From positions 138,322,001 to 138,386,000 of the forward strand of contig OX597818.1 in assembly GCA_951406725.2 (NCBI GenBank): DNA of 64,000 nt, in the 5' to 3' direction. The DNA comes from Octopus vulgaris (taxonomy: Eukaryota). The position numbers and the translations under genes are program-made. Positions 40,430-55,059 of this stretch are shown here, piece by piece. Under the pieces are notes generated by a model. That model saw only the letters and a list, made by a program, of their open reading frames with translations. It was not told the DNA's origin and searched no databases. Position 1 is the first letter of the stretch, and every line of letters begins with the position of its first letter.

Positions 40430-41745
40430 CGCTGATTCCCTCCCTTGATCATTCATTAACTCACTCCCTCAATCATTTATCAGCTTGCTGCCTCGGTCAT
40501 TGATTCCCCCATTCCCTCACTCATTCTTTAAATCATTCGTTAAAGCAATGCCTTAATCATTGATTCCTTTATTCTCTTACTCATTAACTCACTCTCTCAA
40601 TCATTCGTCAAACAGCTGCCTCAGTCATTGATTCCCTTATTCTCTCATTCATTCTTTAAATCATTCGTTAAATCACTGCCTTAATCATTGATTCCTTTAT
40701 TCTCTCACTCATTAACTCACTCCCTCAATCATTCGTCAAATCACTGCCTCAGTCATTGATTCCCCCATTCCACCACTCATTCTTTAAATCATTCGTTAAA
40801 TCACTGCCTTAATCATTGATTCCCTCATTCTCTCACTCACTAACTCACTCTCTCAATCATTCGTCAAACAGCTGCCTCAGTCATTGATTCCCTTATTCTC
40901 TCATTCATTAACTCACTCCCTAAATCATTCGTCAAATCGCTGCCTCAGTCATTGATTCCCTTATTCTCTCATTCATTAACTCACTCCCTAAATCATTCGT
41001 CAAATCGCTGCCTCCGTCATTGATTCCCTTCGTCCCCTAACTCACTCTCTCAATCATTCGTCAAATCGCTGCCTTAATCATTGATTGATTTCCTTATTCT
41101 CTCATTCATTTAGTCATTTCCTAAATCATTCGTCAAATCACTGTCTCAGTCATTGATTCCCTTCGTCCCCTCAGTCATTCATTGACTCACTTCCTCAGTC
41201 ATACATAAAAAGGAGCACTCCGTCGGTTACGACGATGAGGGTTCCGGTTGATCCGAATCAACGGAACAGCCTGCTCGTGAAATTAACGTGTAAGTGGCTG
41301 AGCACTCCACAGACACGTGTACTATTAACGTAGTTCTCGGGGATATTCAGCGTGACACAGAGAGTGACAAGGCCGGCCCTCTGAAATACAGGTACAACAG
41401 AAACAGGAAGTAAGAGTGAGAGAAAGTTGTGGTGAAAGAGTACTGCCTCAATCATTCAGCTCACTACCTCAATAGTAATTTCTTCATTCCTTCAGCCATT
41501 CATTAACTCATCCTCTCAATCATTCGTCAGATCACTGCCTTAATCATTGATTTCCTGTCATTCATTAACTCACTTCCTCAGTCATACATAAACACACTGC
41601 TTTAATCATTGATTCCCTCAGTCATTCATTAACTCACCTTCTCATCATTCATCAACCCATTGCCTCAGTCATTTATTAACTCACAGTCTCAATCATTAAT
41701 CAAATCAATCAATAGTTCTTTCGTTCCATGAGCCATTCATTAACT
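40430..41745. repeat. Minisatellite of 60- and 68-bp units, interrupted by a SINE
   Basis: Anchor cattgatt occurs at 40498, 40558, 40626, 40686, 40754, 40814, 40882, 40950, 41018, 41079 and 41151. Decayed units continue after 41443. Confidence 0.9.
41212..41443 (-). mobile_element. SINE family A, 5'-truncated
   Basis: Matches 5060-5285; the tRNA head is missing. Confidence 0.88.
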
Positions 41746-42634
41746 CATTCCCTCACACACTCTCAGCTTATTCATTCCACCACATGTTAATAAAGCCGTT
41801 AATACATTCACTCCAACACAAACTTATTCAGTCTTTAGCCCCAGGTCAGTCACGACGGAACAAACCTATAATCGGACACGTTCCAGCTTTGACTCTCCCC
41901 TAGGTCTTTTGTATAGCAAAGACTGCACTCTTCAAACGTAATCTTCCTTTCAAAGCAAAAACAAAAAAAAAGAGTAAACAGTTCAATGTTATTTAACTGC
42001 TATTTTTAGCAAATGGAACAACTGTGCAGGGCAGCCATGGGAAAGCTTTGTCGGGAAGTGGGCCACATAAGGCATAGATTCTCATAAAGTGGGCTCACGC
42101 GGTACGGATCATCATCAGGTAGACCGTACTTCTAAAAAAAAACCAAAGTAATTTTTCCTCAGGAGTGAAATTAAGGAAAGACCGCGAGCTGCTGCTCACT
42201 CATGACTACTGTAGAGGCTAACCCGTTGTCTTGGTCAGTTTGTTGTGTCGTAGTGGATGTTTTTATGCAGCCGAGGAAGTAGTGACTTTGTGATAAAAGT
42301 AAAAGATGCCATGAAAGGGAATAAATTGAACTAAAGGACTTGAAAGGGAAATAATAGAAATCATCATTTTCGTTATATGTTTGTTTCCCATACTTGCATG
42401 GGTTAACAAAAATTCGTTGAGGCACATTTTCTACGGCTATATGCCCTTCCTGCTCCCAACGGTACTCCTTTTTCTAGTAATGTAACATTTCTCCAAGACC
42501 TTCGCTCACGAACAGTATAATGGCCAGACATGTTTTCATAGAAGACTGCAAACGAGGGTGATATTTGTTTACAAATAGGGCGAGATATGAGGTAAGGAAA
42601 TAAGTATACACCCTCTCTGTATTCTTTTATTCAT

Positions 42635-43145
42635 TTACTTGTTTCAGTCATTTGACTGCGGTCATGCTGGAGCACCGCCTTTAGGCGAACTAATCAACCC
42701 CAAAACTTATTCATCGTAAACTTATTCTATCAGTTTCTTTTGCCGAACAGCTAAGCTACGGGAACGTAAACATACCAACATTGGTTGTCAAGTGTTGGTG
42801 GGGATACAAACACAAACACACAAACATATATGTTGCTGTTGCCGTTTGTTCATTCCCGAGCCTTACCTGGCTCATAAGGGCCGGTTTCCCGATTTCATTG
42901 GCGTATAGGTTCTCCACCTGGACGAGACGCCGGTCCGTCGCAGGTGAGCTGCTAGATGCAGGAGAACAGAATGGGAGAAAGTTGTGGCGGAAGAGTCAGC
43001 AGAAGTTCACCATTACCTTCTGCCGGAGCCGCGTGGAGCTTAGGTGTTTCGCTCATAAACACACACATCGCCCGGTCTGAGATTCGAACCGGCGATAACG
43101 CTACCATGAGTCCGCTGCTCCAACCACTAGACCATGTGCTTCCAC
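42635..43145 (-). mobile_element. SINE family C 3' part adjoining a V-domain-like SINE (about 42860-43145)
   Basis: Family C tail, then on the minus strand a tRNA head (ggttcgaatctc) with cctgcgacggaccggcgtctcgtccagg. Confidence 0.7.
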
Positions 43146-43148
43146 ATA

Positions 43149-43184
<36 letters not shown>

Positions 43185-44544
43185 ATAAATGATATGAGTA
43201 TGTATGTGTGTACACACAGAGGCAGACAGACAGACTGGCAGACACATACATACATATGTATGCCTATATACGTACGCATATATGTATATACATACACATA
43301 CGCAGAACTATCAAGCACTTTACAAGCTTACACAAAAATGCAATTAGATGTATTTTAAGAAATTATATGCATGTGCGTGTGTATGTGTGTATGTGTGTAT
43401 ACACACACATATATACGCACATACATGCACACACGTACAAAGTAGTAAAATGATCTACTCTATCAGTTTCGACAACGTGTTCCCGTTCGTCCACCTACCT
43501 TCCCACCTTTGTATCTATCTATTTCTTCAGATAGATAAACGGACAGACAGTGAGACAAACTGACAGACAAATAAGGGACAATGGATGAACAGAGTAAATA
43601 AAAATAAAATTAATCTGGAGCAAAGAAAGGAATGAACGAATAAACGAATGGAGGAATGAGAGAAGACAAGAATAATAAACGCAAACAAAGACATTGGACG
43701 AGGAAAGTTAGTAAGAAAAAGTATGAAAAGAAGACAGAAGGAAAGTTATAACGTCTAAACAGGACCTAACGAAAGATAGATAAAAAAAAATATGATAGAA
43801 TAGGAGAGAGATTGGGTGGATTAGAAAGGGAGATACTTGAGAGGAAGGTTGGGAGAGAGAGAGAGAGAGAGAAAGAGAGATGGAATGAGAGAGGATGATT
43901 ATGTAGAAAAAGTAAGGAATTTGTTGTATAAAATAGCAACGTATTGTTAGATCATTGTGAAAGAATTTGGTAAGTCTGTGCTCGAGATTCCTCAAGCGAA
44001 ATCAATAAGTTATGTTGGCAATGTTTTCAGGCGTCAAACTCTTTTAATGCAGAATGGCAACCGAGCAGAGAACGGCCCGACGCTTTTTTTTTTCTCTCTA
44101 AGGAATATCCCGTCTATTTATTATTGTTGTTGTTATTGCTGTTGTTATTTAACCACAGGTCAGACTTGATCCAGTAGACCTATGAGCAAAGCCATTCCAA
44201 CCATGACTAATAAGTCGTTAATTCAGATGTGGCATCTCTAGCACTCTATCCTCATTTCTTTCCTTCTTTATTTTAAATTTTGATAGGATTTTGACTGCTA
44301 TTTCTACCCAACTGGTTGAATGACCACGTATAAATGTTTTTCTGTATTTTTTTTTCTTTTATACCTTTTGAAGATACCTTAGCTATTTTTGACCCTCTTA
44401 TATTGATGATGCGGGTAAGGTTGACGTTAATTAGTCCTGTAGGTTGATGCCAGGGGGAAAACAAGAGCAAACTGCGGGTTCCCGGGACTGCAGTTTGGGA
44501 GCTATAAGGATTGGATTAAAAAGTCTAGGGTGCTTTCTTTGCTT

Positions 44545-44875
44545 ATTTTACTCGTTTCAGTCATTTGCCTGCGGCTATGTTTGGACACCGCCTTAGAGAA
44601 ATTTTTGACGAATGAGTCGCCCCCAGTACTTTTATTTTAAGCCTTGTACTTGTTCTATCGATATCCTTTGCCGAACTGCTACGGTACGAGGATGTAAACA
44701 CACCAGCACCGGTTGTCAAGCGGTGGAGTGGGGGATAAACACTGACACAAACACACACACGTGTGTCCACAAATAAGGTTTTGGTGGGCCCGAGGCTATA
44801 GTAGAAGACGCTTGCCCAAGATTCCACGCAGTGGAACAGAACTTGGAACTACGTGGTTGGGAAGCAATCTTCTTT
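44545..44875 (-). mobile_element. SINE family C, diverged
   Basis: Similarity to family C. Confidence 0.7.
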
Positions 44876-45129
44876 ATTTCATAAATTGGCTATGGAAACC
44901 GTACATAGATGGGACAAACAAGGACAGACAAACTTAGAGGGTGAAGAAGTTGCTTATTACGAATGAAATAGTTTCGAATGATAAAATGTAAATGTCATAC
45001 TGTTAAAAAATTATATTTTTTGTCCCCCTTTTAAAAGTTTCAATATAAGCTTGATGATCATTGCAAATTTTGCCATGTGTGACTGAAGGGAAGGCATCCA
45101 ACCACCAGGTTCGAAACTTTACTTTTCCT

Positions 45130-46600
45130 TCTGACCCCACTTACCTGGTTCCAGTCACTCACAGCTTGTTCACTACTTGCTTCCATCTTTTCGCAAACAT
45201 ATCCTGTGACAGGTATCTCTTCTCCAGTCTGATCTTGCTATTGGGGTGGTAACTAAAGAAGTTAACCAACTCCTGGCCGCAGACGAAGGTACCTGTCACT
45301 ATACCTCTTACATGCGTCTTCCATACTGTTTCTTTCAGTATGGCTACTACGCAGAAAAAACACAATCTCGATAATAGACTCAGCCGATAGCTGTACTCCT
45401 CCTATCGTTGACAACAGTTGCTCGACAAAAGCTATCAGTCCCGATAATTCAGGACACTCCACAAAAGTGTGCAAAACAGTTTCTCTGTCCCGCCCGCACC
45501 TCGGGCATGTCGGTGAGACGACACTTCCGTGCCTTGACAGCTTGTCTCGAACTGGCAAAGCCGAACGGTAGCACTGCCAAGCCAGGGATTTCTAGTAATT
45601 ATCCAGGTACCCCGGCCCGAACGTTCTCCTGAACAGGTTGATCAACTAATTTTCATCGAAGCCCAGTGTCTCCTCCAGGTCATCGTCTGACATAAAGTCC
45701 ACTAATCCGCTATAGAAATCCGCAGTGGAACTCCTGTTGCTGGTATTGCCCGCCCGAGAGAGTGACAGGAGTGCTTGATGGCACTCCAATTACCAATCCC
45801 CCAGTTTAGGTCTTCGTTTCAGCCATGGACCAATGTCCATTAAGGATGTCAACTATGGAAGGTAGAACCTTACATGCAGTAAACACACCTGCTCCCCATC
45901 CAGGTAAAATCAGAGGTGCCTCAACATTAACGTGAATTTTCGCATCCTAGCCCACCCTTTAGCGTTTTTTGGCAACAGACAGCGCTTCACAAGTGGCTTT
46001 CCTGCCTTCCACAAAAAGCGGAAAAGGATTCTTTCCAACTTGTTCAGCCACAAATCGGGGCAAGGCACAGCGGTCAGGCGGTAGGTGATGACAGATGCTA
46101 TGAACATCTGCGTCACCTCTGCCCTCCATAGCAAAGATGACGCCCGCCCAGACCAGGTATGGATTAAGGCAGTCACCTTGCTCGTGATCTCGCTCCAATT
46201 ATTCTCTCTCTGGAGGTCTGGGCCGAACCAGACCCCTAGCAACTTAAACGGACCTTCCGTCCAACGCCCCACAACGTTATTGGACGATATCGTCTAGCCC
46301 CTCCAGGTACCGACTTGTCCTTGTTAATCTTTGCTCCTGCAACCGCTTCGTATCCCTTGATGTCAATTTCCACATGAGAAAGCTGCCCTTCTTCGGACAC
46401 GATGATGGAGAGGTCATCAGCATATGCAGTGGCTCCACTTCCACACGACAGATCATGCGGCACGCCCCCTAATGCTTCCAACCTCCGCAGCAATGGATCA
46501 AGGGCCAATACATACAAAAGCAGTGACAGGGGACATCTCTGGCTTACTGAGCGTTCAATCTTGAACGGTTTTGAAAATGACGGCGGTCATCACCCACACG
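45130..46600 (-). mobile_element. Tx1/L1-clade LINE ORF2 relic (RT plus C-terminal zinc knuckle), 5'-truncated
   Basis: RCPLSLLLYVLALDPLLRRL..AYADDLSII..GAKINKDKS, KLLGVWFGPD..NNW, and CPRCGRDRETVLHTFVECP (CCHC) across frameshifted ORFs. Confidence 0.9.
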
Positions 46601-46758
46601 ACATCAGTTATACATGGTTATAAAAATGTCACTATTCCCCGAAATACTGGGAAATAAATAGGGCAACAAAGCCTGCAAACAGGCAACAGTTCACAGTAAC
46701 AGTTTCCAACAGTAATTTTCAATAGCAGTTTACAATAATTAACAGAGATTCGACAATA

Positions 46759-47189
46759 GGCGCAGGAGTGGCTGTGTGGTAAGTAGCTTGCTAACCAACC
46801 ACATGGTTCCGGGTTCAGTCCCACTGCGTGGCATCTTGGGCAAATGTCTTCTGCTATAGCCCCGGGCCGACCAATGCCTTGTGAGTGGATTTGGTAGACG
46901 GAAACTGAAAGAAGCCTGTCGTATATATGTATATATATATATATATATGTATGTATGTGTGTGTGTGTGTGTGTATGTTTGTGTGTCGGTGTTTGTCCCC
47001 CTAGCATTGCTTGACAACCAATGCTGGTGTGTGTTTACGTCCCCGTCACTTAGCGGTTCGGCAAAAGAGACCGATAGAATAAGTACTAGGCTTACAAAGA
47101 ATAAGTCCCGGGGTCGATTTGCTCGACTAAAGGCGGTGCTCCAGCATGGCCGCAGTCAAATGACTGAAACAAGTAAAAGAAAAAGAGAG
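46759..47189 (+). mobile_element. SINE family C, full length (reference copy)
   Basis: tRNA-like head ggagtggctgtgtggtaag..gggttcagtccc, internal (TA)/(TG) tract, and 3' end gctccagcatggccgcagtcaaatgactgaaac plus an A-rich tail. Confidence 0.9.
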
Positions 47190-48191
47190 TAATAAAAATA
47201 TTAACTCACAGAGCGCAAACAAAACACGACCGAAGTCTTCAACCGGAAGCAAGCTTCTTACCACACAGCCACGCCTGCGCCTATAAAAATTATGAATAGC
47301 CTTAATTGTACTTTTACTATTATTGAGTCTCATCAGAGAGGTTTACATCTCTTGACCAAACCTTATTGCTTATCCTGACCGACATCCACAGAAGAACCGC
47401 TCGACCGATTAGCATTCCATCACAAACAGACATACTCCAGTCTCTGATCCACCGTCATGCTGTCTCTTGTCTGCCTTTCTATCGCAGCTATAGAGGCCTC
47501 TGTGAGGGACGCACGGTTTGAGTGGTTAAGGTGTTGCACTGACGAGCGCGAGATCGTGGGTTTGGTTCCCGGACCAGGCGGTGCGTTGTTTTCTTGAGTA
47601 AAACACTTCATCTCATGTTATTCTACGATCACTTCGACACCTGACCCTTCACCTGTTCAGGCACCCTTCACCTGTTCAGGCAACATCGATTTGATGGAGT
47701 AAACTAATGGACAGTACACACATTTATCACCATAAAGAAATAATTTGTGCAGGTTGTCTAGCAACAAATTGCAGAATCGTCTTTTTCGGATCCGAGAAAC
47801 TTCCGTACTACTATAATGGCCTATGCTACTCGGAACTGGCTGGTCTCGCATCTTCACTACTTAGATACCTCCGACACACTCGTCACCCCATCTCTCATCA
47901 TCGTTGTTGAGTTTAACCCTGCCGAGCTCGCACCAACCGCTATGCTCAGTTATCCCCCACCCCAAAACATCATCCTACTGGAATCTTCCCCCCTGCCTAT
48001 GTTTCTCTGTTTTTCTATAGAGGTTGACACGCAACCTATGACCATTAACGGCACCAAGTCAAGCTCACCAGTCTTGGAGTCCCTAAAAAGGGATGGGCAA
48101 TACTGTTACCTCCAAGTTCAACAACTTAAAAACAAACTCAGGTTTCGAGTAAGACTATCCTCCTTGTTTTTGCATTTATATACACATGAAT

Positions 48192-48322
48192 GTGTTTCCC
48201 AACCACATGGCTCCGGGTTCAGCTCCACTGCGTGGCACAATGGACAAGTGTCTTCTCCTATAGCCTCGGGCCGACCAAATCCTTGTAATTGGATTTGGTA
48301 GACGGAATTGAAAGATGTCCGT

Positions 48323-48360
<38 letters not shown>

Positions 48361-48478
48361 AGGTACTAGGCTTACAAAGAATAAGTCCTGAGGCCGATTT
48401 CTTCGATTAAAAAATCCTTTAAGGCGGTGTTCCAGCATGGCCACAGCCAAATGATTCAAACAAGTAAAAGAATAAAAG
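48192..48478 (+). mobile_element. SINE family C, internally deleted
   Basis: Similarity to family C. Confidence 0.75.
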
Positions 48479-49349
48479 ATAGAATATATATATATATAGT
48501 ATGCAGATAGGGTTATAATATAAGCTTTCTCCTTGTGAAGCTCATTTGCATAATCCCGTACTCCGAAGTATACATGTCACATTTTACACGAGAGTTAAAA
48601 GGCAGGAAAATACTATAAAATACTGTAAAATACATTTTTTCAAAGTAGCTACTTGTCAAAATTGAAGACTGGAAAAAAATGGTATTAATTCCCCATTACA
48701 TATGTTTCACTTCCTAATAGGAGTTACAGAAGTGTACAGGTAGAAAATCGCCCTTTTAAAGGTTAGGTTTTGCTTTTCCTCCTGCAGGGTGTACAAACAT
48801 CATCCTCCACTCCATGCAAGCTCAAAGTATTTACCAGCTTTGTCACCAATAATCCGATTCTGCAACAAATTGTACTGAGTAAAATGTAACTAGTGTACAC
48901 ACTCAAGAGACCTTGTCCAGACATACATACACACATGCACGCGCACGCACACAAAACATACATACATACATACATACATACATGCATGCATACATACATA
49001 CATGCATGCATACATACATACATACATACATACATACATACATACATACATACATACATACATACATACATACATACATACATACTCATACACATCTGGA
49101 ATACTGGTATAACGTTCCTATCGAAACGTCTGCCAAGTACAAACATGTTGTTTGGGACTTGAAAGAAGAAAAAGCCATGAACAATTATGAAAGTCCGCTG
49201 CCCTGTAGATGTGAGCATGTCTTCTAAAATTTGTGAGAATATTTAGGGAGAAGCGCTTCAAAACCTACTCTTGATTAGAAAACTCATATTTGTACCAGTA
49301 ATATTTGGTGCACTTGTCTATTTTTTGTCTTTCATTTTATCTTCTACGT

Positions 49350-50100
49350 GCTTCACTGTGGCAATGCTGGAGCACCGCCTAAAATGTGTTTTAATCAAAC
49401 AAATCGACGACAGTGCTTATTTATTAAAGTCTAGTACTAATTCTATCAGCCCCTTTTGCCGAATCACTAAGTTACAGGGATGTAAACAAATCAACACTGG
49501 TTGTCAAGGGGTGACAGGAACAAACATAAATACAAACACACACGCATATAAGAATACGTCGGGCTTCAATACAGTATCCGTCCAACAGATTACTTCACAA
49601 GGCATTGGTCAGTCGGGGTCATAGTAGAAGACATTTGTCCAAGATGCCGTTCAATGGGTCTGAACCCTGAACCACATGGCTGCAAAGCGAGTTTCTGGAC
49701 TACACAGCCAGAAAACGATAAGTTTTTCAGCAAAGAAACTGGTACTGCGTCGGTTTCGACGACAAGGGTTCCAGTAGATCCGGTCAACTGAACAACCTGC
49801 TCATGAAACTAACTTGCAAGTGGCTGAGCACACCATAGACATGCGTACCCTTAATGTAGTTCTCAGGGAGATTCAGCCCGATAGAGAATGTGAAAAGGCT
49901 AGCCTTTTCAAGCAAAGAAAAAAGACCAGCTGACATGCACTCAGCATGACACAGGGTGTGACAGTACTGGCCCTTTCAAATGCAGCTGCAATGTGAAATA
50001 AGGAGTCTTGGTTGTGGGTATTACACGCCGCCAGGTATCGAAATCATGACCTTACACGATCGTAAGCCTAAAACTCTAACCACTAAGCCACGCGCTTTCA
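49350..50100 (-). mobile_element. Cluster of old SINE fragments (C-like 49350-49710, A-like 49740-49910, tRNA head about 50010-50100)
   Basis: Diverged similarity to the families above. Confidence 0.6.
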
Positions 50101-50154
50101 CAGGCAAAGTAAAAAGACCAGCAAACATGCACCTTAGTCTCTTTTACTCTTTTA

Positions 50155-50511
50155 CTCTTTTACTTGTTTCAGTCATTTGACTGTGGCCATGCTGGAGCAT
50201 CGCCTTTAGTCGAGCAAATCGACCCCAGGACTTCGCTAACTTACGGGGACGTAAACACACCAGCGTCGATTGTCAGGTGATGTTGGGGGAACAAACACAG
50301 ACACACAAACATATACACACATACATACATACATATATACATATATACGACGGGCTTCTTTCAGTTTCCGTCTATCAAATCCACTGACAAGGCTTTGGTC
50401 AGCCCGAGGCTAGAGTAGAAGACACTTGCCCAAGGTGCCACGCCGTGGGACTGAACCCGGAACCATGAGGTTGGTTAGCAAGCTACTTACCACACAGCCA
50501 CTCCTTCGCCT
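50155..50511 (-). mobile_element. SINE family C
   Basis: Similarity to family C, with an internal deletion near 50233. Confidence 0.88.
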
Positions 50512-51031
50512 AAGCAGAATGAAATATTTCTAAATCTCAATGTGTAACATTTATTTTTCTTGTTATCCACATTCCAACGCTGAAAACTAGCTTCTTCATT
50601 CTAGGAAAAATTCTAATAGATATATTTTATAAAAAAAAAAAACGATTTTCATACATATATACATACATACATACATACAGACATACATAAATACAGTAAT
50701 TAATCTGTTTGTCATTCTTATATATCTAAATATCTATACAATGATCACAAATATGTCTCTACATACACGCACAAACACAAGCACACATCCTTACACATAG
50801 GCACACACATAGGCACACACATACGCGCGTTGTGTGTGTGAGTGTGTGCGAGCGCTTTTGTATATAACCATATAACCGTTTCCATTGCTTTCAACAAATT
50901 TGCATTTATTTATTTATCTATCAATTCACAACAGTAAATATGTGTAGATCTATTCTCTCTCTCTCTCCTTCTCTCCTTCTCTTTCTTTCTCTCTCCTTAT
51001 ATATTCGTATGTGTGTGGTTTTGTGTGTTTC

Positions 51032-51075
<44 letters not shown>

Positions 51076-51296
51076 TACACATATATATATATATATACAT
51101 ATATACATATATATATATATATGTATTGTGCGTATATATATATAAACACGAATATATACGCATGAGTGTGTGTGCATGTGTGTGTGTATACGCACACACA
51201 TGTCTTGTCATCTGTTAATCCGATTCCCCTTTTTGCTCTTCATTTTACTCTCCTTCCTCTTCTTTCTCTCTCTGTCTCTCTCTACTTATCTCCCTC

Positions 51297-51336
<40 letters not shown>

Positions 51337-51676
51337 CCTCCCTTCCATCACCCATCCTTACCATTTCTTTCACCACAACCCCGTCATTCCAAAACAAATG
51401 TCCACCCACACCACCCCCCATTTCCGTTCTCCGTTCTCCTCCTCCTCCTCCTCACCACTCCTACCATTACCATCCATTCATCTCCACCCCCGCGCTATCT
51501 TCCCCACCACTTCCCACCCCACCCCACACTCACTACTTATCGATTACTTACGTACCAATTACTCCGTATGTTTTTTTTTTCCTCATTTGCCCTCACCCTG
51601 CCACCACCATTTGATCATTTTCCTCAACATCTCCACCTCCCTCTCCCTCGCCTATTCATTCTCCTCCACCACTCAC

Positions 51677-51714
51677 CCTTTCTTCCCGCTAACATTTTGC
51701 ACGGCGGTCGCCAT
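51677..51714 (-). CDS. Candidate first coding exon (MATAVQNVSGKK-G), product unknown
   Basis: aatATGGCG start context and an AGG|GTGAGT donor in a CpG-containing unique island. No downstream exon or homologue recognised. Confidence 0.3.
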
Positions 51715-52179
51715 ATTGAATTTGTCTGATCTCCGAATCGATTCGCTCTGTAGATGTTTATGTTTACGTACGTACGTTTGTAGACGTGTAAATGAATGCA
51801 TTGTGATGTGTGTACGTTAATGTGTGTATGTGGCACTATGTGTGTGTGTGTGTGTATGTGTGCTATGCCAGAAAATGTCTATCCAATTGTATGTCCGTTT
51901 AAAGAGAACGCTGTGTTGGTGCCGTTGACTGTAATATAATATTGTATAAGGTTATTAGGTGCACAGCGTTGAAGGAATTTGTGTATATGTACATTTATGT
52001 GTGTGTGCGTTTGTATGTGCGTGTGTGTATATGCGTGTGTGTGTGTGTGTGTGTGTGTATATGCGTGTGTGTGTGTGTGTGGCTGTGTATGTATCTGTGT
52101 GTGTCTATGCTTGAGTATGAATATGTACATGTCTGTTCGATGATTGTGAGCATATATATATGTGTGTGTGTGTATATAT

Positions 52180-52213
<34 letters not shown>

Positions 52214-52277
52214 ATATGTATACCTATATATACATATACATACATACATACATACATACATACATACATACATAAAA

Positions 52278-52317
<40 letters not shown>

Positions 52318-52377
52318 TTATCAGCTGATGATCGGAAATGAGCAACTCTAAGTACTGGAAATCGGAGCTTTGAGTTA

Positions 52378-52431
<54 letters not shown>

Positions 52432-52498
52432 GGGGGGAGAAAGAAAGAGAGAGAGAGAGAAATGGTTAGGTAAGTAGGTAGGTAGGTAGGTAGGTAGG

Positions 52499-52604
<106 letters not shown>

Positions 52605-53073
52605 TCTGTGTCTGCATCTTTGTAAACTTTGTAGGAATGTGTACATGTAAGAATTTGTTGACCGCTAACGAGTTCAAAACGGAAAAAATCCACACGTCTA
52701 TGTATGTATGTATGTATGTATGTATGTATGTATGTATTTATGTATGTATGTACATGTATGTATGTATGTATGTATGTATGTATGTATGTATGCATGCGTC
52801 CTCTTTCTCTCTTTCTCACTCTTCGAATACTTATCGATATTTGTTCCACACCGATTTACATTCACTCATTCAAGTACAACGTATCACTGTTACACTCGTT
52901 GGAATCTTGTATCAAACGATGCCAATTTTCACCATTCGATATCAATAAACATAAATATATAATTATAGATAAATATGACTAAATATAAAAAAACCTGATT
53001 TTTTTTATTACCTGATGCGTGTGAAATACGTGAACAACGAGAAAAATGGAAAACAGGACTAGTAAACACAGAC

Positions 53074-53123
<50 letters not shown>

Positions 53124-53138
53124 TTATGTATACATATA

Positions 53139-53523
53139 TGGAGGCACAATGGCCCAGTGGTTAGGGCAGCGGACTCGCGGTCATAGGATCGCGGTTTCGA
53201 TTCCCAGACCGGGCGTTGTGAGTGTTTATTGAGCGAGAACACCTAAAGCTCCACGAGGCTCCGGCAGGGATGGTGGTGACCCCTGCTGTACTCTTTCACC
53301 ACAACTTTCTCTCACTCTTACTTCCTGTTTCTGTTGTACCTGTATTTCAAGGGGCCGGCCTTGTCACTCTCTGTGTCACGCTGAATATATCCCCGAGAAC
53401 TACGTTAAGGGTGCACGTGTCTGTGGAGTGCTCAGCCACTTACACGTTAATTTCACGAGCAGGCTGTTCCGTTGATTCGGATCAACCGGAACCCTCGTCG
53501 TCGTAACCGACGGAGTGCTTCCA
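53139..53523 (+). mobile_element. SINE family A, full length
   Basis: A/B boxes present; matches 27102-27484. Confidence 0.9.
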
Positions 53524-53828
53524 CCATATATATATATACCTTCGAAACACGGAGTAGATGAAACAGAGGCGGCTGAAGAAGGGGAATATTCCTTGTTTTG
53601 TATGTCTTGTACTCTATTTTTTCGTTGTTTAAGAAAAATGTCCATTTCCTTGGTTTTGTGTTTATGTTTTCGTTTCTCATTGTGTTCGACGTTTTTTGTT
53701 TTTTTTTGTGTCCTGTACCCATATATGCATGTATATATACATATAGATGTAGGTACGTACATATATGTATGTATATATACATATGTTTTATTTATTATTT
53801 TGTTATTATATGTATCTATATATATATA

Positions 53829-54982
53829 TTGGTTTATCCCATTAATAATACGATTGTTTCAATTGCATGTACTAAAGGTTAGAGTGAGACGAGTAAACTA
53901 CCTGCTTTAACTTACTATAAAAGCAGATAGTAATTTTAACCTGTTCTTATTCTTAGTGCAGGTTTTGAAGAGTGCAGTTCAATTTTGACAGTTATTTTTT
54001 CAAGGCTGTAATGGAAGTGACAAAGGAGCATCCTTGGCATATTTTGCTTTATGAGATCAATAAAGGCAACAACGCAATGGAAAGATCGAGGAATACTAAT
54101 GCATTATATGGGGATCGAACACGTAAGCATAAGTCAGTGCCAACGGTGGTTCCAGAAGTTCCGAGCCGGAAACTACAACCTAGAAGACGTCCTGCAAATT
54201 CCCATTATAACTGTTGAGAAATCTAACAGAGAAGCTTGAATTTGATCTCTCAAACATTCATTGATACCTGCGTGCTATCGGTAAAGTCGGCAAATTGGGT
54301 CAATGGGTTCCTCACAAACTTTCCGGGTTTAATCACACACAGAGAGTGAACATGTGCTCTTCTTTGCTCTCACGTCTCATGAAAGGACCTTTTGGGGCTG
54401 AATAGTGATTGGTGACGAAAAATGGGTTCTCTATAAAAATGATAAGCGTCAAATAAAATGGGTAGAGAAAGGAGAAACACCGGCACCCTAGGCTAATGAA
54501 GGTTTTCATCCACGTAAAGTGTTGTTATCTGTTTGGTGGGATATGAAAGGTTTAGCCCACTTAGAACTTTTAAACCCAATCCAAATGGTAACAAAGGAGA
54601 TCTACTATGAGCAGTTTGTTCTTCTATCAGTAAATGCCTGGCCACATACAGCGAGGATGACATTCCAAACGCTGGAGCAGTTTGAATGGGAGACGATGCC
54701 CCACCCACTATATTCACCGCACATTGCCCTGTCTGATTACCATTTATTCCGCAGTCTTCAAAATCATTTGAACGGAAAAAATATGAATTTTGTAAACGAG
54801 GTAAGAACAGTCCTGGAGGAGTATTTTTCGTCACGGACAAGTGAATTTTGGAAGAAAGGCCTTGCAAGTCTACCAGATAGATGGAAGGGCATTGTAGAAG
54901 AGCATTAGATTAAAAAAGAACTTTGTCTATTTTAATTTGAAAAATAAAAGAAGTATAAAAAAACTGATTTATTTATGGGATG

Positions 54983-54987
<5 letters not shown>
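53829..54987 (+). mobile_element. Mariner DNA transposon, defective
   Basis: Degenerate TIRs ttggtttatcccattaataa and ttatttatgggatgacccta, both abutting TA runs. Confidence 0.85.
54011..54908 (+). pseudogene. Mariner transposase pseudogene
   Basis: MEVTKEH..WFQKFRAG, WVPHKL, GDEKWVLY, LSVWWDMKG and YSPHIALSDYHLFRSLQNHL, with frameshifts and deletions. Confidence 0.9.

Positions 54988-55059
<72 letters not shown>

Noticed and set aside
40430-41200. CRISPR-like regular spacing
   Set aside because: Whole units repeat with no unique spacers, there are no cas genes, and the context is eukaryotic.
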